A stretch of DNA of 64,000 nucleotides from Eledone cirrhosa (taxonomy: Eukaryota): the NCBI GenBank assembly GCA_964016885.1, contig OZ024742.1:69006001-69070000 (forward strand), given 5' to 3'. The stretch's first letter is position 1. Every line of letters begins with the position of its first letter. The position numbers and the translations under genes were made by a program. Of the stretch, positions 51,246-63,793 are shown one piece after another. Below the pieces are notes generated by a model. It saw nothing but the letters and a program-made list of their open reading frames with translations, was not told the DNA's origin and searched no databases.

Positions 51246-51591
51246 CAGAATCATTATAAAGATACGCGACTTAGGTTTGCCTTGGGAAGAATTGCGCTTT
51301 CTTAAAGAATACATGCCGCTAGATATGTAGTAACCATCAGCGAGACCAGATTTATAATCCACATACACTCACACTCAATGTCTGTGAGGTCTATGCGTTT
51401 CTTTGTTGACCAGGATCGAAAGGTGGAGTGGAGGTGCTTTGAAAAAGACTGAATCTCAAGGTACGGTCGATCCTCCTGAACCTATCAGTGAAGAAAGACT
51501 TTCTATTTATCACAAAGGTAGAATGAAGACATTTCACTACTCTACTAAATACATTATAAAAGGATATAATATACTAAACAAAATAACTTAC

Positions 51592-51747
51592 CTGGGGTAC
51601 GTAAATATTTAAGTAAAGACAGTCTTCTTTAAAATCAGTAAAATTCGGACGATGCTGTTGGACATAAATGACGTAAGGCTGAATACAACCAGGTGGGTAG
51701 GTGGTGCAGTTACGGATATCAAACCACTTCTTCGGACTGACTGGATT
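51592..51747 (-). CDS. Carboxylesterase exon 2 (NPVSPKKW...PPGCIQ...EDCLYLNIYVPQ)
   Basis: EDCLYLNIY type-B signature; acceptor TTACAG|AAT, donor CAG|GTAAGT; phase 0/0. Confidence 0.93.
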
Positions 51748-51799
51748 CTGTAATATAGACAAATGGTTCGATATATTGATTGGTAAAAGTGAAGATCGG

Positions 51800-52830
51800 A
51801 GAGAAAAACACTTCTTTTGATTATGATGATGATAATATTCAATGTTTTCTTTGGCTTAAACTGTTTCATTCTTCCTTGAACAAGTTCCCTATAAAGCAAT
51901 TGCAAAGAAGACTGAAGCGATGTTTGTAACGTATCCAAGTTTCAGAGGAGTACAGAAGAGAGGATAAAACAAAGGATCTATAAACAGAAAGTTTTGTTTT
52001 ATTGTTATGTCTTTGTGACCAGACCCAAGACTATCAGATTTTGTTGCCTTTTCAATCCTTAGAGTTATTTCTGAATCCAATATTCCATCTTTATTCACTG
52101 CATTCCCAAGTTATATGAATCATTCAACAACCTTAAGAAGATTACCTTTTACATATATTTTAGGTTGCTGCACAACTTGATGAGGTACAGGTTGACACAA
52201 AATCACCATTTTCTTTAAATTTATAGTCAAATCAAAGATATCACATGCCAATTGAAATGAGGAATTCAACGCTTGCGATCCATGCTTTATATAACTGACA
52301 TGGTCACAGTCATCACCATACAGTAGGTCTCTTATTAGTGAGGTGAACACTGGCCTTAAATTTCATCCTTGTCGAATTAAAAACATTTTCTGTGGTACGA
52401 GATAATACACACACCCCTTCATTGATATTTTGCAAAGCATGCTAGAGCATGACAGCAAAATATATTGCAAAGAGTGTGACTGCAACAAGATCTCCTTGTT
52501 TTACACCATTTTCTACTGCAAAGGTTTCAGATAATGTGCCCGCAAAGTTAACTGGTTTCCATGTCATTATGAAGCGCTTTCAATGCACTATGAATTTGTC
52601 TAGCCGTTCCAAAAGGGTATGTGCTAGAAACTTACGAAAACAGACAATTGAGTAATGCATCTAAAATTACCACATTGGTCTTTGGCACCGGATTTGAAAA
52701 GAGAGACCAAGATAGCATCAACCCAGTCTTAACTCCTCTTTCCTCCAGCAATGGGACACCATTATGTGCAAAGATTCTACCATTTTCTTACCTCCATGCT
52801 TGAGAAACTCAGCGTTATATATATACGATT
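51800..52830 (-). mobile_element. Degenerate RTE-type LINE RT fragment
   Basis: NGVKQGDLVA.TLFAIYF, IRDLLYGDDC, LTINLKK, LDSEITLRIEKA. Confidence 0.8.
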
Positions 52831-53283
52831 CTCACTATACTAATTTAACTTTAAGTTTTGTTTTAACAGCATAGGTTAAAGTAGAAGCAGTTTTCAATAA
52901 AATGGTTGTTATAAGTTTAAAGATACTGTTTTGATTTAACGGGATGATTAGAATTCCAGAGTCTGCAATATTGTTTATAATAATTTGATTTGTTCAACGA
53001 AACTTGTTTATCAGGGAAATAATCAAGCTCAATTATTCCATATATAATTATCGTAATTTATTTATTTTAAAATATATTGGATTTGTGAAGAATTGTAAAT
53101 ACTGCATCAAACTTAAACATTCCCTATATTGCAATATCGATCCTACGATTATCTGAGATTTATAGAAACACTATTTCAAAATTGGACGTATCGATATCCA
53201 ATGCCTCTTTGAAAACTGGGTGAAACAATTTAAAGAAACAAAACATAATACATATTCAAATAATTATATATTATTGATATTAC

Positions 53284-53751
53284 CTCGAAACGAAGTTCTC
53301 CGATAGGTGGGGCGGCGTAAGGTACTCCAAGATAATTTTCTGAAAACTTTCCTGGTAAAGTCTCTTTGACAAAACCTCTAACTTTACCATATATTGTCTC
53401 TCGTATTGCTATTTTTTCTGATCCTTCTGGTGACGAGGGCAATGATATTGCTAACTGAGGTTGTGTCACATCTTGTGCTGCTGGTGGTTGTAATTGTCTT
53501 TTCTGAAGTACAGATTGAGGTAGCATTTGTGGTACATCAACTCTGGGTAACATTTGTGGTTCTTGTAGTGATTGATGGACGGTTGATGTTGCTTGGGGTA
53601 GTGTTGTTGGTGATACTAATGATGATGATGACAGTTCTCCTAAATGTCTGTTTTTGGTATCGCCAGTGATAGATGAGGTAAAAGATGAGCAAACAGCGAT
53701 AGAAGCAAACAAAAGGAGGATAAAGGCATGCCGCCACCACATCTTCATCAT
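53284..53751 (-). CDS. Type-B carboxylesterase (cholinesterase/neuroligin fold), coding exon 1: signal peptide, S/T/P/Q-rich insert, start of catalytic domain
   Basis: MMKMWWRHAFILLLFASIAVCS signal-like stretch, then TIYGKVRG...YLGVPYAAPPIGELRFE (COesterase N-terminal motif). Phase-0 donor GAG|GTAAT. The start could also be the ATG at 53766, 53748 or 53742. Confidence 0.88.
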
Positions 53752-54424
53752 TAAAGTGGTGATCATATATCGGTTGTGAAAACAGCTGTTAACTATGAGA
53801 GCAGAGATGTGTATGTCTGCATGAATGTGCACGTTTGTATATATACTTATGATAAAATGTGTGCGTTATTGTTTGTTTGAGCACGCACAACTGTGTGTGT
53901 GTGTATGCGTAAGTGTCTATAGTTGTGTATGGCTGTGGGTACTTGGTTCAGGATATATATGTTCGCCTGTTGAATGGATATGTATGTGTAAATATATAAG
54001 TAATTTTAAATTTTATTTAAGTTTTCATGTGGAATAGTATTTAGCAGTTGGCGAAAGAGTGGTGAAAGTTGGTATGCTCTGTTTAAATATATATATATAT
54101 ATACCTACATACATGTATATATGTATAAATGTGTGTATGTATGAATGAACGAATGTATGCATGTATGTAAGTTTTTTGTGTATGTATGGACGGTTAGGTG
54201 CATGCGCGGGTGCAGTGTTACAGCTGTGAAGACATTTATTGCAGTATGTGCTCAATTAGATGTTTATTTTATTGGTAACAACAAAACTCTGAGTAGCAAA
54301 CCATACCACACCACACATAACTACACAGTGGTGATAAGGATGTTGTTGACACTACTTGAAATGCTAACGCCCAAAATAGTTGCACAACATGGCCAATAAT
54401 CTCTTTCAAGACCCCCCCCCCCCC

Positions 54425-54455
<31 letters not shown>

Positions 54456-54822
54456 TTCTATAGTGTGGTGAGGTGTTTGCGTACGTGTTTGAATAAATAT
54501 GATTATGCATATACGCGGTGGTCCATATATGCATATGTGCAAAGAGTGTGCATATGTTTACGTGTACATATATATTTATATATATATATACGTGTGTGTG
54601 TGTGTGTGTGTGTGTTTATACGTGTATGTGTGCACATCTATATGTTTGCTTGTGTGAATGTGAATATATGTATGTATGTACGTGTGTGTGCAGTTGTAGA
54701 CAGCGAAGATGGAATGACAGATTGCCTTAAAACCGAGGAGGCATAAGATATCCAGCAACGTGACTAAGATCGAAGATGGATTAATTAAAACACACACAGG
54801 CACACACATACACACATACATT

Positions 54823-54865
<43 letters not shown>

Positions 54866-54953
54866 AAACAAACTATTGAGCCCTTTGCCACGCATTTCGA
54901 AGATTGTGTTTCGTTATTTCGTGGGCCGAAATTCCGATTCTCGATAATTTATT

Positions 54954-54996
<43 letters not shown>

Positions 54997-55041
54997 AAAT
55001 AACAGGAGGCTGGACTGGTGTAAATCCTTGAAAGGTTTATT

Positions 55042-55099
55042 ATACTATGATCATTTCAATGACCGGGTTCAGTATGAATCCGGTGACATCATCAGGTAT
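55042..55099 (-). ncRNA. Type I hammerhead ribozyme motif (Penelope-associated)
   Basis: AUAC-CUGAUGA-[ACCGG..CCGGU stem II]-GAAA-UGAUCA-UA-GUAU: complete core, 4-bp stem I, palindromic stem III. Confidence 0.7.
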
Positions 55100-55717
55100 T
55101 CAAAATGTAACACAGGAATATAACAGATAAAATCCATGGGGCTGAAAATCAGAGACAAGAGGACGATCGACTATTTAGCAGCTTATACCTCAGTCGGTCG
55201 GCCTCGAGTGTTGGTTATTAAGTCTACTTATGACCATCTGGTGAGGGGGGTGCAAGCTTATAATGTGCTACTCCCTCCCCGTCAAAGAGAAATGTCAGCG
55301 TTGAGGTCATGCCACAACCAGGCTGATTATGCGTGCTAGAAATTGCCGCGAAAAATGTTTTTTCCAAAGAACATATATCTTCAACAAAGGCATATATAGT
55401 GGGCGTGTGTATGGTATAATGTGTGGACAGGAATTTCGGTTAGCAATTAGAAACGTTAAACATATGTTTAGAGTTATAGGATGAAATTAGAAAAATAAGG
55501 TTTAAGGTTTTGGTTGTGAGATTTAGTTAAAGAATTTACAGAAAGATACTTTTATGAAAAGGTTTAAGTGTATTATAGATACACTTAACCAAACGAATAC
55601 TATTAATTCACACAGGAGGGGGGTTTAGTTACGTGCTAGTAGAGGGAGGCATGATACAGCTAATAGTTATGATTAAGCCTAGAATTTAAAGGTACTATAT
55701 GGCGGTCAAAGCAGGCG

Positions 55718-55836
<119 letters not shown>

Positions 55837-56077
55837 GTAATAATAATAAATTTGAAGACTAAAATCCAAAGAGGGCTCGATAAGGATAAATATATATCAA
55901 ATATATAAGAACCGTAGAGCAAATATTTATTAAAATAACAGATTAAAGTTTAAGCAAAGAATCGCTGCTTTCACCCTTAACGGGATCTTCTGAAACTAAA
56001 AAAATCAATCTGTGAACGCAGAAGTAAATATAAACAAAAACGTTGCTACCGAAGGAAGACAGGAAGACGATACTTTG

Positions 56078-56357
56078 GTTCGTGGAAACGTTCCCTGGCA
56101 AAGAACGGATAAAGACAAAGATAATACGTCATAATTTGGAGCGGTGAAAACAATTACACGCAAAGACAAAACCACGTTTATGGTACAAATGAAGTCGTAG
56201 ACTAATATTCTATTAGGTGGTTCGTGGAGACGTACTCTAGCAATGAACGGTAAAAACGAAGATAATACGTCATTATGTGGAGCGCTGAGAACAATTACAC
56301 ACAAAGACAAATCCACGTACATGGTATAACTGAAGTCGTAGATAAAATTCTATTAGG
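56078..56357 (+). repeat. Two diverged ~140-bp tandem units
   Basis: GGTTCGTGGA.ACGT...GAAGTCGTAGA...TTCTATTAGG repeated. Confidence 0.8.
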
Positions 56358-58204
56358 AAACCGAATGATTACCGGTTTCAGAGTTAAGAATAAAGTAAAT
56401 AAATTACAGAGGTAATTGAAATTAAATATATACATGCACGCAACCATATACGTACATATACAAGCATACGCGAAAACACCCGCAATGGGTATGTCAATAC
56501 AAGCACGTACACAAAAACACACACACGCACGCACATACAGACCCCCACGCAACGCCTGTACCCGCACGCATACGAACGTATACACCAAATACACATAAAA
56601 ATATATATAAAAAGAAAATATATATATATATGTGTGTGAGTGTGCGTGTATACATATAATTATATAAACGTATAGAAATATACGCACATAAATACGTATA
56701 AACGCGCTCATACACATGCCACCCGTAAATACACATATGTACGCAGACGTACGTCAACCAAAACACAAAGTACACATATACACACACCCTACATACGTAC
56801 GAACCCGCATACTCACAAAGACGCAAAACTCACGTATACGCATAACCATATGCACATGTACCAGTATATATAATATATACGCCATAACATATACAAGCAA
56901 ATATACGTAGAGAAAGTATACGTACCTTCACAAAACATACAGGTAAAATATACTTACCTATACAAATAAGTAATGGTATAAACATAACATACTTAGCTAC
57001 CACATCAAGACGTAAAATATCCGCGTATAGTTCGTATTATCCGTTAAGGTATAATGTGGGGCTGTAATACAGGAAAGTTGTGTGCAATTTATGTTTACAA
57101 GCCGAAATTGCCTCAGATTTTTGTTAAGAAGTGGTCTTTGGCGTAGAGTATTTCCAGGGCCTCAGCGGCGCAGAGGTTTCCAGGCCCTCAGCGGCGCAGA
57201 GGTCACATGGTCTTTTATTTCCGTTATACGATCTAACCTTAGCTAGGATCTCCCAGTGTAACGTAGATTCCAGATATAAGCTGAAAGTGACGTCATATTC
57301 CTTCTTAAAGGGTTAAGAAAAGAATGGGTATGCATGTAAAGACGCTGCTTGAATCTATTGGCGGTTAACCCTATGTAGGCCCTACGGGACGTGGGTGTTT
57401 CAAGTTTACATTTGTAGACAATGTTACTAGAGAGGCATTTCCCGGATAGGGGGCAGTCAACCCGATTCCTACAATTACAGTTAGTACTAACTACAGGGTT
57501 GCACGTGTTCCTACGGCTAGGTAATTTAGCTAAATTTGAAGCTGTGATGTTATGTGTCAGGTTAGGAGTCGTAGAGTAAGAAATTTTAATGGTATTTCTA
57601 TTAAAAATTTTACTATATTTATGTGCTGGGAGGAAATGCTTCATAAAAAGGAAGAGAAAGATCTTAGCTAATGGTGTGGCCACCTCCATATTATATGGTG
57701 GGTTATACCAACAAACACGACGGGATCTATTTCTTCTAAGTCTATTCTCGTACTCTGTATAAGCTACCTTATCGGCAAATCCACTCCGAGCAAGAGCTTC
57801 ATTGTAATATGTGGAATGGTCGTTGAAAATATGCTCGTTAGTAGATAGATGGGAAAGCCTCTACGAAACGTTTCTTACCAGGTTCTTGGTTATGCTGGCA
57901 GGATGGTTAGAATGCTTACTTATGTAATTAAGCGTATCATTCGGCTTTCCATACGGGTAGTGAAAGCCATTCGACAAATTGAGGGTAACGTCGAGGTAAT
58001 TAACGACCGAGAAGTTGGCCTCAACCTGTATGGAGAGGTTGAAGCCTTTAAAGAAGGCTGTGAGTTCTTTTCTGAACCTGTCGCAAGCACATGGGCCGCA
58101 CTTAGTCATGGTCAAAAGACCACACACACACTGGCACGTCCGTGATTTTAATGCTTAAGCAATGGCATTACTCGAAATCGAGTTTCAGGCATCATGTATG
58201 TATG

Positions 58205-58790
58205 ATTGTTCTTCAAGTTTTATAATTTATAAATTCTTACTAATAGAGTGAGAGAGAGAGAGAGATCTGGGGGCGGGAGGAGAGTGAGAGAGAGAGAGTC
58301 GGTTTCTAACATAGATACAAGACTCTCGCTTTGGAATTTAAACATATCCGCATGCATGCGTGTGCAGGTATGGATCTTAATGTATGTGTGGGTATGTATG
58401 TTTTGAGTTATATGTGCGCATGTGTATATGCTTTGTATCTGTACATGTGTACATGCAGTTATAACATGCAGAATTTTTGGAATATTTTACATATTTTTAC
58501 TGTTCCATTAATGGATTATACTTGTAATTTCCTAACTAGTTGTGTTCTTTCTGTTTCTGTGAAGCCTAGCTTCTCAAGATTTGTACTGAGGCAGTTAGTA
58601 ACGTATCCCAGTGCCCCAATAACCACATGTATAAATCTGAAGGTATAGTCAGGGTGGAGTATCTGTAGATTACTCATTAGTTGTGCATAGATATTCTCCT
58701 TTCCGCTAATCTTTAATATTATATTGGCATCTGCTGGGCAGCTAACTTCCACTACTGTGCATGCCTTCTTTTCCCTGTCCCAGAACTAAT
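58205..58790 (-). mobile_element. R4-like LINE 3' end (copy A)
   Basis: VEVSCPADANI..KENIY..L..FIHVVIGALG; 3' UTR matches 60435-60660. Confidence 0.82.
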
Positions 58791-59280
58791 GAGGAATCTG
58801 CAGATACTCCACCTTGTGTACCGGGTTATTAAACTCCCGTGAGTCTTAATTAGCGTAAAACATGTGAAAATACTCTAAACGGAAATTAAAAGCCTCCTCC
58901 ATAATTCTTCATAAGATATTCGCTAGCTGCAATGTATCACCCTGGCTTGGGAACATTTACAGAGTAAAGGGAATAAGAATATGTGGCTTTCATGACTTTC
59001 CAAATATATTTAGACAGAATAAAATGAATTGAATCTTGCTATAAGATAGAATTGAAAATGTATCACATACTCTGGTTGTTAATTAATCTTTTCATCTATG
59101 AATCTCTGATCAATAATGGATTATTTCGATTATTTTGCGAGTGTGCGTGTGTGTTGGTATGAATGTGTGCGCGCGTGTGTGTATGCGCGTGTATGTTTGT
59201 ATGTGTGTGTTTGGGTGTGGTTAACTTTTGTAATTGAATAGCTCTTTATATTGATATTTAATATAAATGCACATCTAAAT

Positions 59281-59388
59281 ATGAATAATGTCAAGTCCCC
59301 AGAGTGTAAAGTGTTTTTTTATTTTATCTCCAAGGCAACTGTTGAGTCTGTTATGTATCATACAAATATTATATCATATATTTCGCCG
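59281..59388 (+). CDS. Putative first coding segment of the GRL gene (MNNVKSPECKVFFYFISKATVESVMYHTNIISYISP)
   Basis: ATG-initiated and in the same frame as 59557-60360; separated from it only by a 168-bp SINE with GT...AG ends. Confidence 0.5.
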
Positions 59389-59554
59389 GTGAATTGGCAG
59401 TATCGGTAGAGGGTTGGACGCCATGCTTTCTAGCATAGTTACGTCCCTTTACGGTTTGAGTTCAAATCCCGCCGAGGTTAACTTTGCCTTCCATCCTTAC
59501 GGGGTCGATAAAATAAAGTACCAGTAATGTAGTGGGTAATTGCTGGCCTTGTGC
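59387..59554 (+). mobile_element. tRNA-derived SINE inside the GRL gene
   Basis: A-box TGGCAGTATCGG, B-box GAGTTCAAATCC; body like the copies at 743-938, 7207-7393 and 63646-63793; lacks the usual 3' tail. Confidence 0.9.
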
Positions 59555-59556
59555 AG

Positions 59557-60360
59557 AATTTATTAAAACTTTTTAACGGTATTGTTTTACTGTATTTAGT
59601 TTGGAATATGTGGCAGTTATCTACGATGCTAGACAAAGCAGTCAGCAGGGGGGAATTAATCAACTTCATAACCTCACTCATTTTCTATCTCATGCACACT
59701 TTTGAGAGTATTATAAAGGTCATGTTCAACATCATGTTTGGAAGAGGATTAATAGAAACATTTATGGCTTATGTTTTTGTGGACCAAGATTATTTCAGGA
59801 AATTGAAAGTGGTCGTTAAAATTTCGTTAGTGGTTTTAGGTTCCGTATTAATCCTGTCTCTAATATTTAACATAATACTAATTAAAATTCAATTAGAAAC
59901 AACTAATTTGAACACAACAATAGCATTTCCAATATGGAGGAACGAAGCTCTAGATATTCTAAACTTCAAGCTATTAAACTATTTTATCGTTTTGGTACAA
60001 CTCATCAACAAAATATTTCTTTATATCTTCCTGAAAATAATACGTTCAGAGTTGTATGTACTCACCCAGCAACTGAAGCTGCTAGATGTCAAACAACAAG
60101 CAATTGACATTAATAGCAAACTGATTCATCTACAGAAGAAATACGAAGTGATAATGGAGCTACTGGATCAAGTCAACAAACATTTCTCCAGCTATTTAGT
60201 CACTCTGTTTTTATTTACACTCAGCAGTATCAGTATACTGATATACGTCATATTTCAGGATGTGGACTTTTATGAAAAATATATTGTATCCTCATTTGCA
60301 ATAATTTCGACAACCTTTACTATGTTTGTTCTCTACAATGGTATCTCTATGCAATTTGCT
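59557..60360 (+). CDS. Gustatory-receptor-like (GRL/7TM chemoreceptor) main exon, about TM1-TM6
   Basis: 268 open codons in AT-rich DNA with about six hydrophobic helices. LIHLQKKYEVIMELLDQVNKHFSSYLV matches the GR pre-TM5 loop pattern. Ends at a phase-0 donor GCT|GTATGT after TM6. TM7 exon(s) not found in the window. Confidence 0.75.
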
Positions 60361-60434
60361 GTATGTTGATTTATTTTATATGTATTTATGCATGTATGTA
60401 TGTATGTATGTATGTATGTATGTATGTATGTATG

Positions 60435-61220
60435 TTCTTCTGGTTTTATAATTTCACAAAGTTTTACCAATAGAGAGAGAGATTCGGTTTCTAACATAGA
60501 CACAAGACTCTCTCATTGGAATTTACACAACATCAACTAGGTAGGTATGTATGTATGCATGCATGTGTAGATATGGATGTTATTGTATGTGTGGATGTGG
60601 ATGTTTTGAGTTGTATGTGTGCATGTGTATATGCTTTGTATCTGTACATGTGTATATGCAGTTATTAGATGCAAAATGTTTGGAATGTTTTACATATTTT
60701 TACTGTTCCGTTAATGGATTGTACTTGTAGTTTCCTAACTAGTTGTGTTCTTTCTGTTCCTGTGAAGCCTAGCTTCTCAAGATTTGTATTGAGGCAGTTA
60801 CTAACATATCTCAGTGCCCCAATAATCACAGGCATAAATCTGAAGGTGTAATCAGGGTGGAGTATCTGCAGATTACTCATCAGTTCTGCATAAATATTCT
60901 CCTTTTCATTAATTTTTGATATTATATTGGCACCTGATGGGCAGCTAACTTCCACTACTGTGGATGCCTTCTTTTCGCTTCCCTATATCATTATATCTGG
61001 TCTGTTATGCCTGAATTTTATTGGGGTTTTTACTGGAACATTACACCAGTACTGTTACATATTATGTATATGTATGTCTTCCACATTGCTGTAGCTTTTA
61101 ACGTGTTTTTTATCGGGGCTATATTTTCTATGGAGTATTTTCGCCACCACATCGTGCCTCATAGGTAGATAGTACCACGATGACATCTTTGGACAGCTGC
61201 TTATGAAATGGGTGACATCC
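60435..61220 (-). mobile_element. R4-like LINE 3' end (copy B) with (TACA)n tail, in the GRL intron
   Basis: RHD, HNRPDI, EVSCP, KENIY, PVIIGAL, KICKTF. Confidence 0.85.
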
Positions 61221-61249
61221 TAGCTGTAAGTATGTACGGATGTATGTAT

Positions 61250-62620
61250 GTACGTGTGAATATATTTTCTTCTCTTTCTCTTAATTCTAAGTTAACTTTT
61301 TACGGGTTAACTTCGCGGAACCAAATTGTAAAGAAAAGGAAAATTGTGTCTTGTGTCCAATCATTAATTGTTTGAATCATCAGGATGTTTTATAGATTTT
61401 AAAAGTTTATATAACTCGGCCATTTGTAGCTTATAAATTGAGGCATTTCGTTTTTTTTTTTTTTTTCAACAAATCCAAGGTCAGTCATATTTTGGTTCAA
61501 GCGGGTTGGTAAAAATCATATGGCTCCAATAATGATGGGTATGAAGCTGAACGTGTATTTTGGGTACTGCATCTGTAAACTCCTTATCAATGCTACGTAA
61601 GTATCCTCCTTTTCTTGTATTTTCCTTACTACATACATTAACATCGAGGGAGCAGTTTTTAAGGCGTAGTCCCAAACAACAAAATCAGGCCGGTTGTGTT
61701 TTAATTTGGTGTTGTTTTTTATATTTTGGTTCCACCTGTATTTCTTTGAGCTATAATTCTCAAAATATTGATTTTCATTTTGTCTTCCATAGTGCATTCC
61801 AGATTGTTCTGGGCTACCAAGCAATCTCGTGGTGGGGTAGTAACGAAAATACATTATTTCATAGCTAACATCTCTCTTTGTCTACATTTATTGTGAACTG
61901 AGGACCTTCCTCTTTTGTACAGTAGGTATTAGGGGATTTATTGTCCCTGGATTGCAAGGAGTATCCTTCAAGGTGGGATGTTACAAACTCCTCGGAATTC
62001 CATCTCAGGCTTTTAGTAAGATTTTAGTAAGAATTCCTTCTAAGATCTGCGTTTTTCGTCTCACGTACCCCTGTATAACATTACCAGTGAACTAGTTTAT
62101 TTTTTAAAAACATTCATTCTTCAAGAATTTAGTAGATTCTTCCAATGTTCCTGGAGAGAAATTTCTGTTAGCTTTCATTTCATATCTCTCTTCTAGACCA
62201 GTGGCTATCCTAAAAATGTGGTTATTTTCATGATCATAAACCTGAGCGAGATGGTTGCTGATCTTTTTTCTGTTGAAGATGTTGCTTCAGTGTTACTCTC
62301 CGAGTCTTATATGTTGTTAATAAGGACTTTAGGCCCCGGTCATACTCTTTTCGTGGGAAATATAGCCTATCTACATCACCATGGAAGTAAAACTGAGCAG
62401 CTTGCGAGTCCTTACATCCGTTCAGTTCGTGCAATTTCCAGTTCAGCAAGCCAAATGTTGGTATTAGGATGGGCACTGCAAACGTATTATAGGCAATGTA
62501 CTCTGAGCGTTCTGATGGCTATATTTTCTTTACTTTCCTTAGGTATTCATTCCTGTCCTCTCCATATTATATCTGAGATACTCATCTTGTCTAAGGTTTT
62601 CACGTCAAGCTGTTCATTTT
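61250..62620 (-). mobile_element. Degenerate R4-like LINE C-terminal region
   Basis: DVDRLYFPRKEYDRGLKS, KHNRPDFVVWD, FIPIIIGA. Confidence 0.78.
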
Positions 62621-63336
62621 TAGATTTTCAGAGACCATGCAAACACAAATTATATACAAACACACACTGAGAGAGAGAGAAAGCAGAGAGAGGGGGGGGG
62701 GAGAGAAACACAAACGCACAAACAAGTACACATAGAGATACAGACACACACACACATATAAATGCACATGTACGCTAGATACAAATGAATATATGGGAGA
62801 GATGAATACTGATACAAGTATACATGTGTTCGAATTGCAAATGACCATGTTAGCTAGGTTGAAAAATACTAATTTAAAATAATATAGTTTGCCTGTCTCG
62901 ATTCAAAATAATAAATCAATAAAAATAACAAACCTATATTGGCAATGGCCGTGATACACGGACAAATTCTAAATTTGTTTCGCAACAATTATTAAGTGAA
63001 AGTCACTATTCCTGTGTTCTTCTGCGGGTATCCAGGAAAATTCGTACTTTTCACTTCAAAATACTTAAGAAGACTGAGAAATGTGTTGTTGAACGCACAT
63101 GTGTCACAGCGCCTAACTCGTCTCATATACGTGCCGTTAAAAATAGCAGCCGGTTACGCATTTAATGAATATATACATTCTCACCTACGTGTAACACGAA
63201 CATGCATGCACTCAAATATAGATGATGCACCATCAGTCAGAGACACGTATAAAAACAGCACGCTACGCAAACAGGTCTGTATACGTGACTGTACACACAG
63301 AGATATACATACACATATACACATACAATCATAAAT

Positions 63337-63412
<76 letters not shown>

Positions 63413-63480
63413 TATATATATATATAAATAATATATATATATATAAATAATATATATATATATAATATATATATATATAA

Positions 63481-63520
<40 letters not shown>

Positions 63521-63537
63521 AATAATATATATATATA

Positions 63538-63591
<54 letters not shown>

Positions 63592-63645
63592 ACATATATC
63601 AACCACATTGTATATGGAATTACGGATTGCGTTCAAATCCCGCCA

Positions 63646-63793
63646 TACTTTCCAGCATAGTTACATCCCTTTACGGTCTGAGTTCAAATACCGCCGAGGT
63701 TAACTTTGCCTTTCATCCTTACGGGTCGATAAAATAAAGTACCAGTAATACACTGGGATAATTGCAGGCCTTGTGCCGAAAGTAGAAACAATT
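63646..63793 (+). mobile_element. tRNA-derived SINE, 5'-truncated
   Basis: Same body and tail as 34207-34353. Confidence 0.88.
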
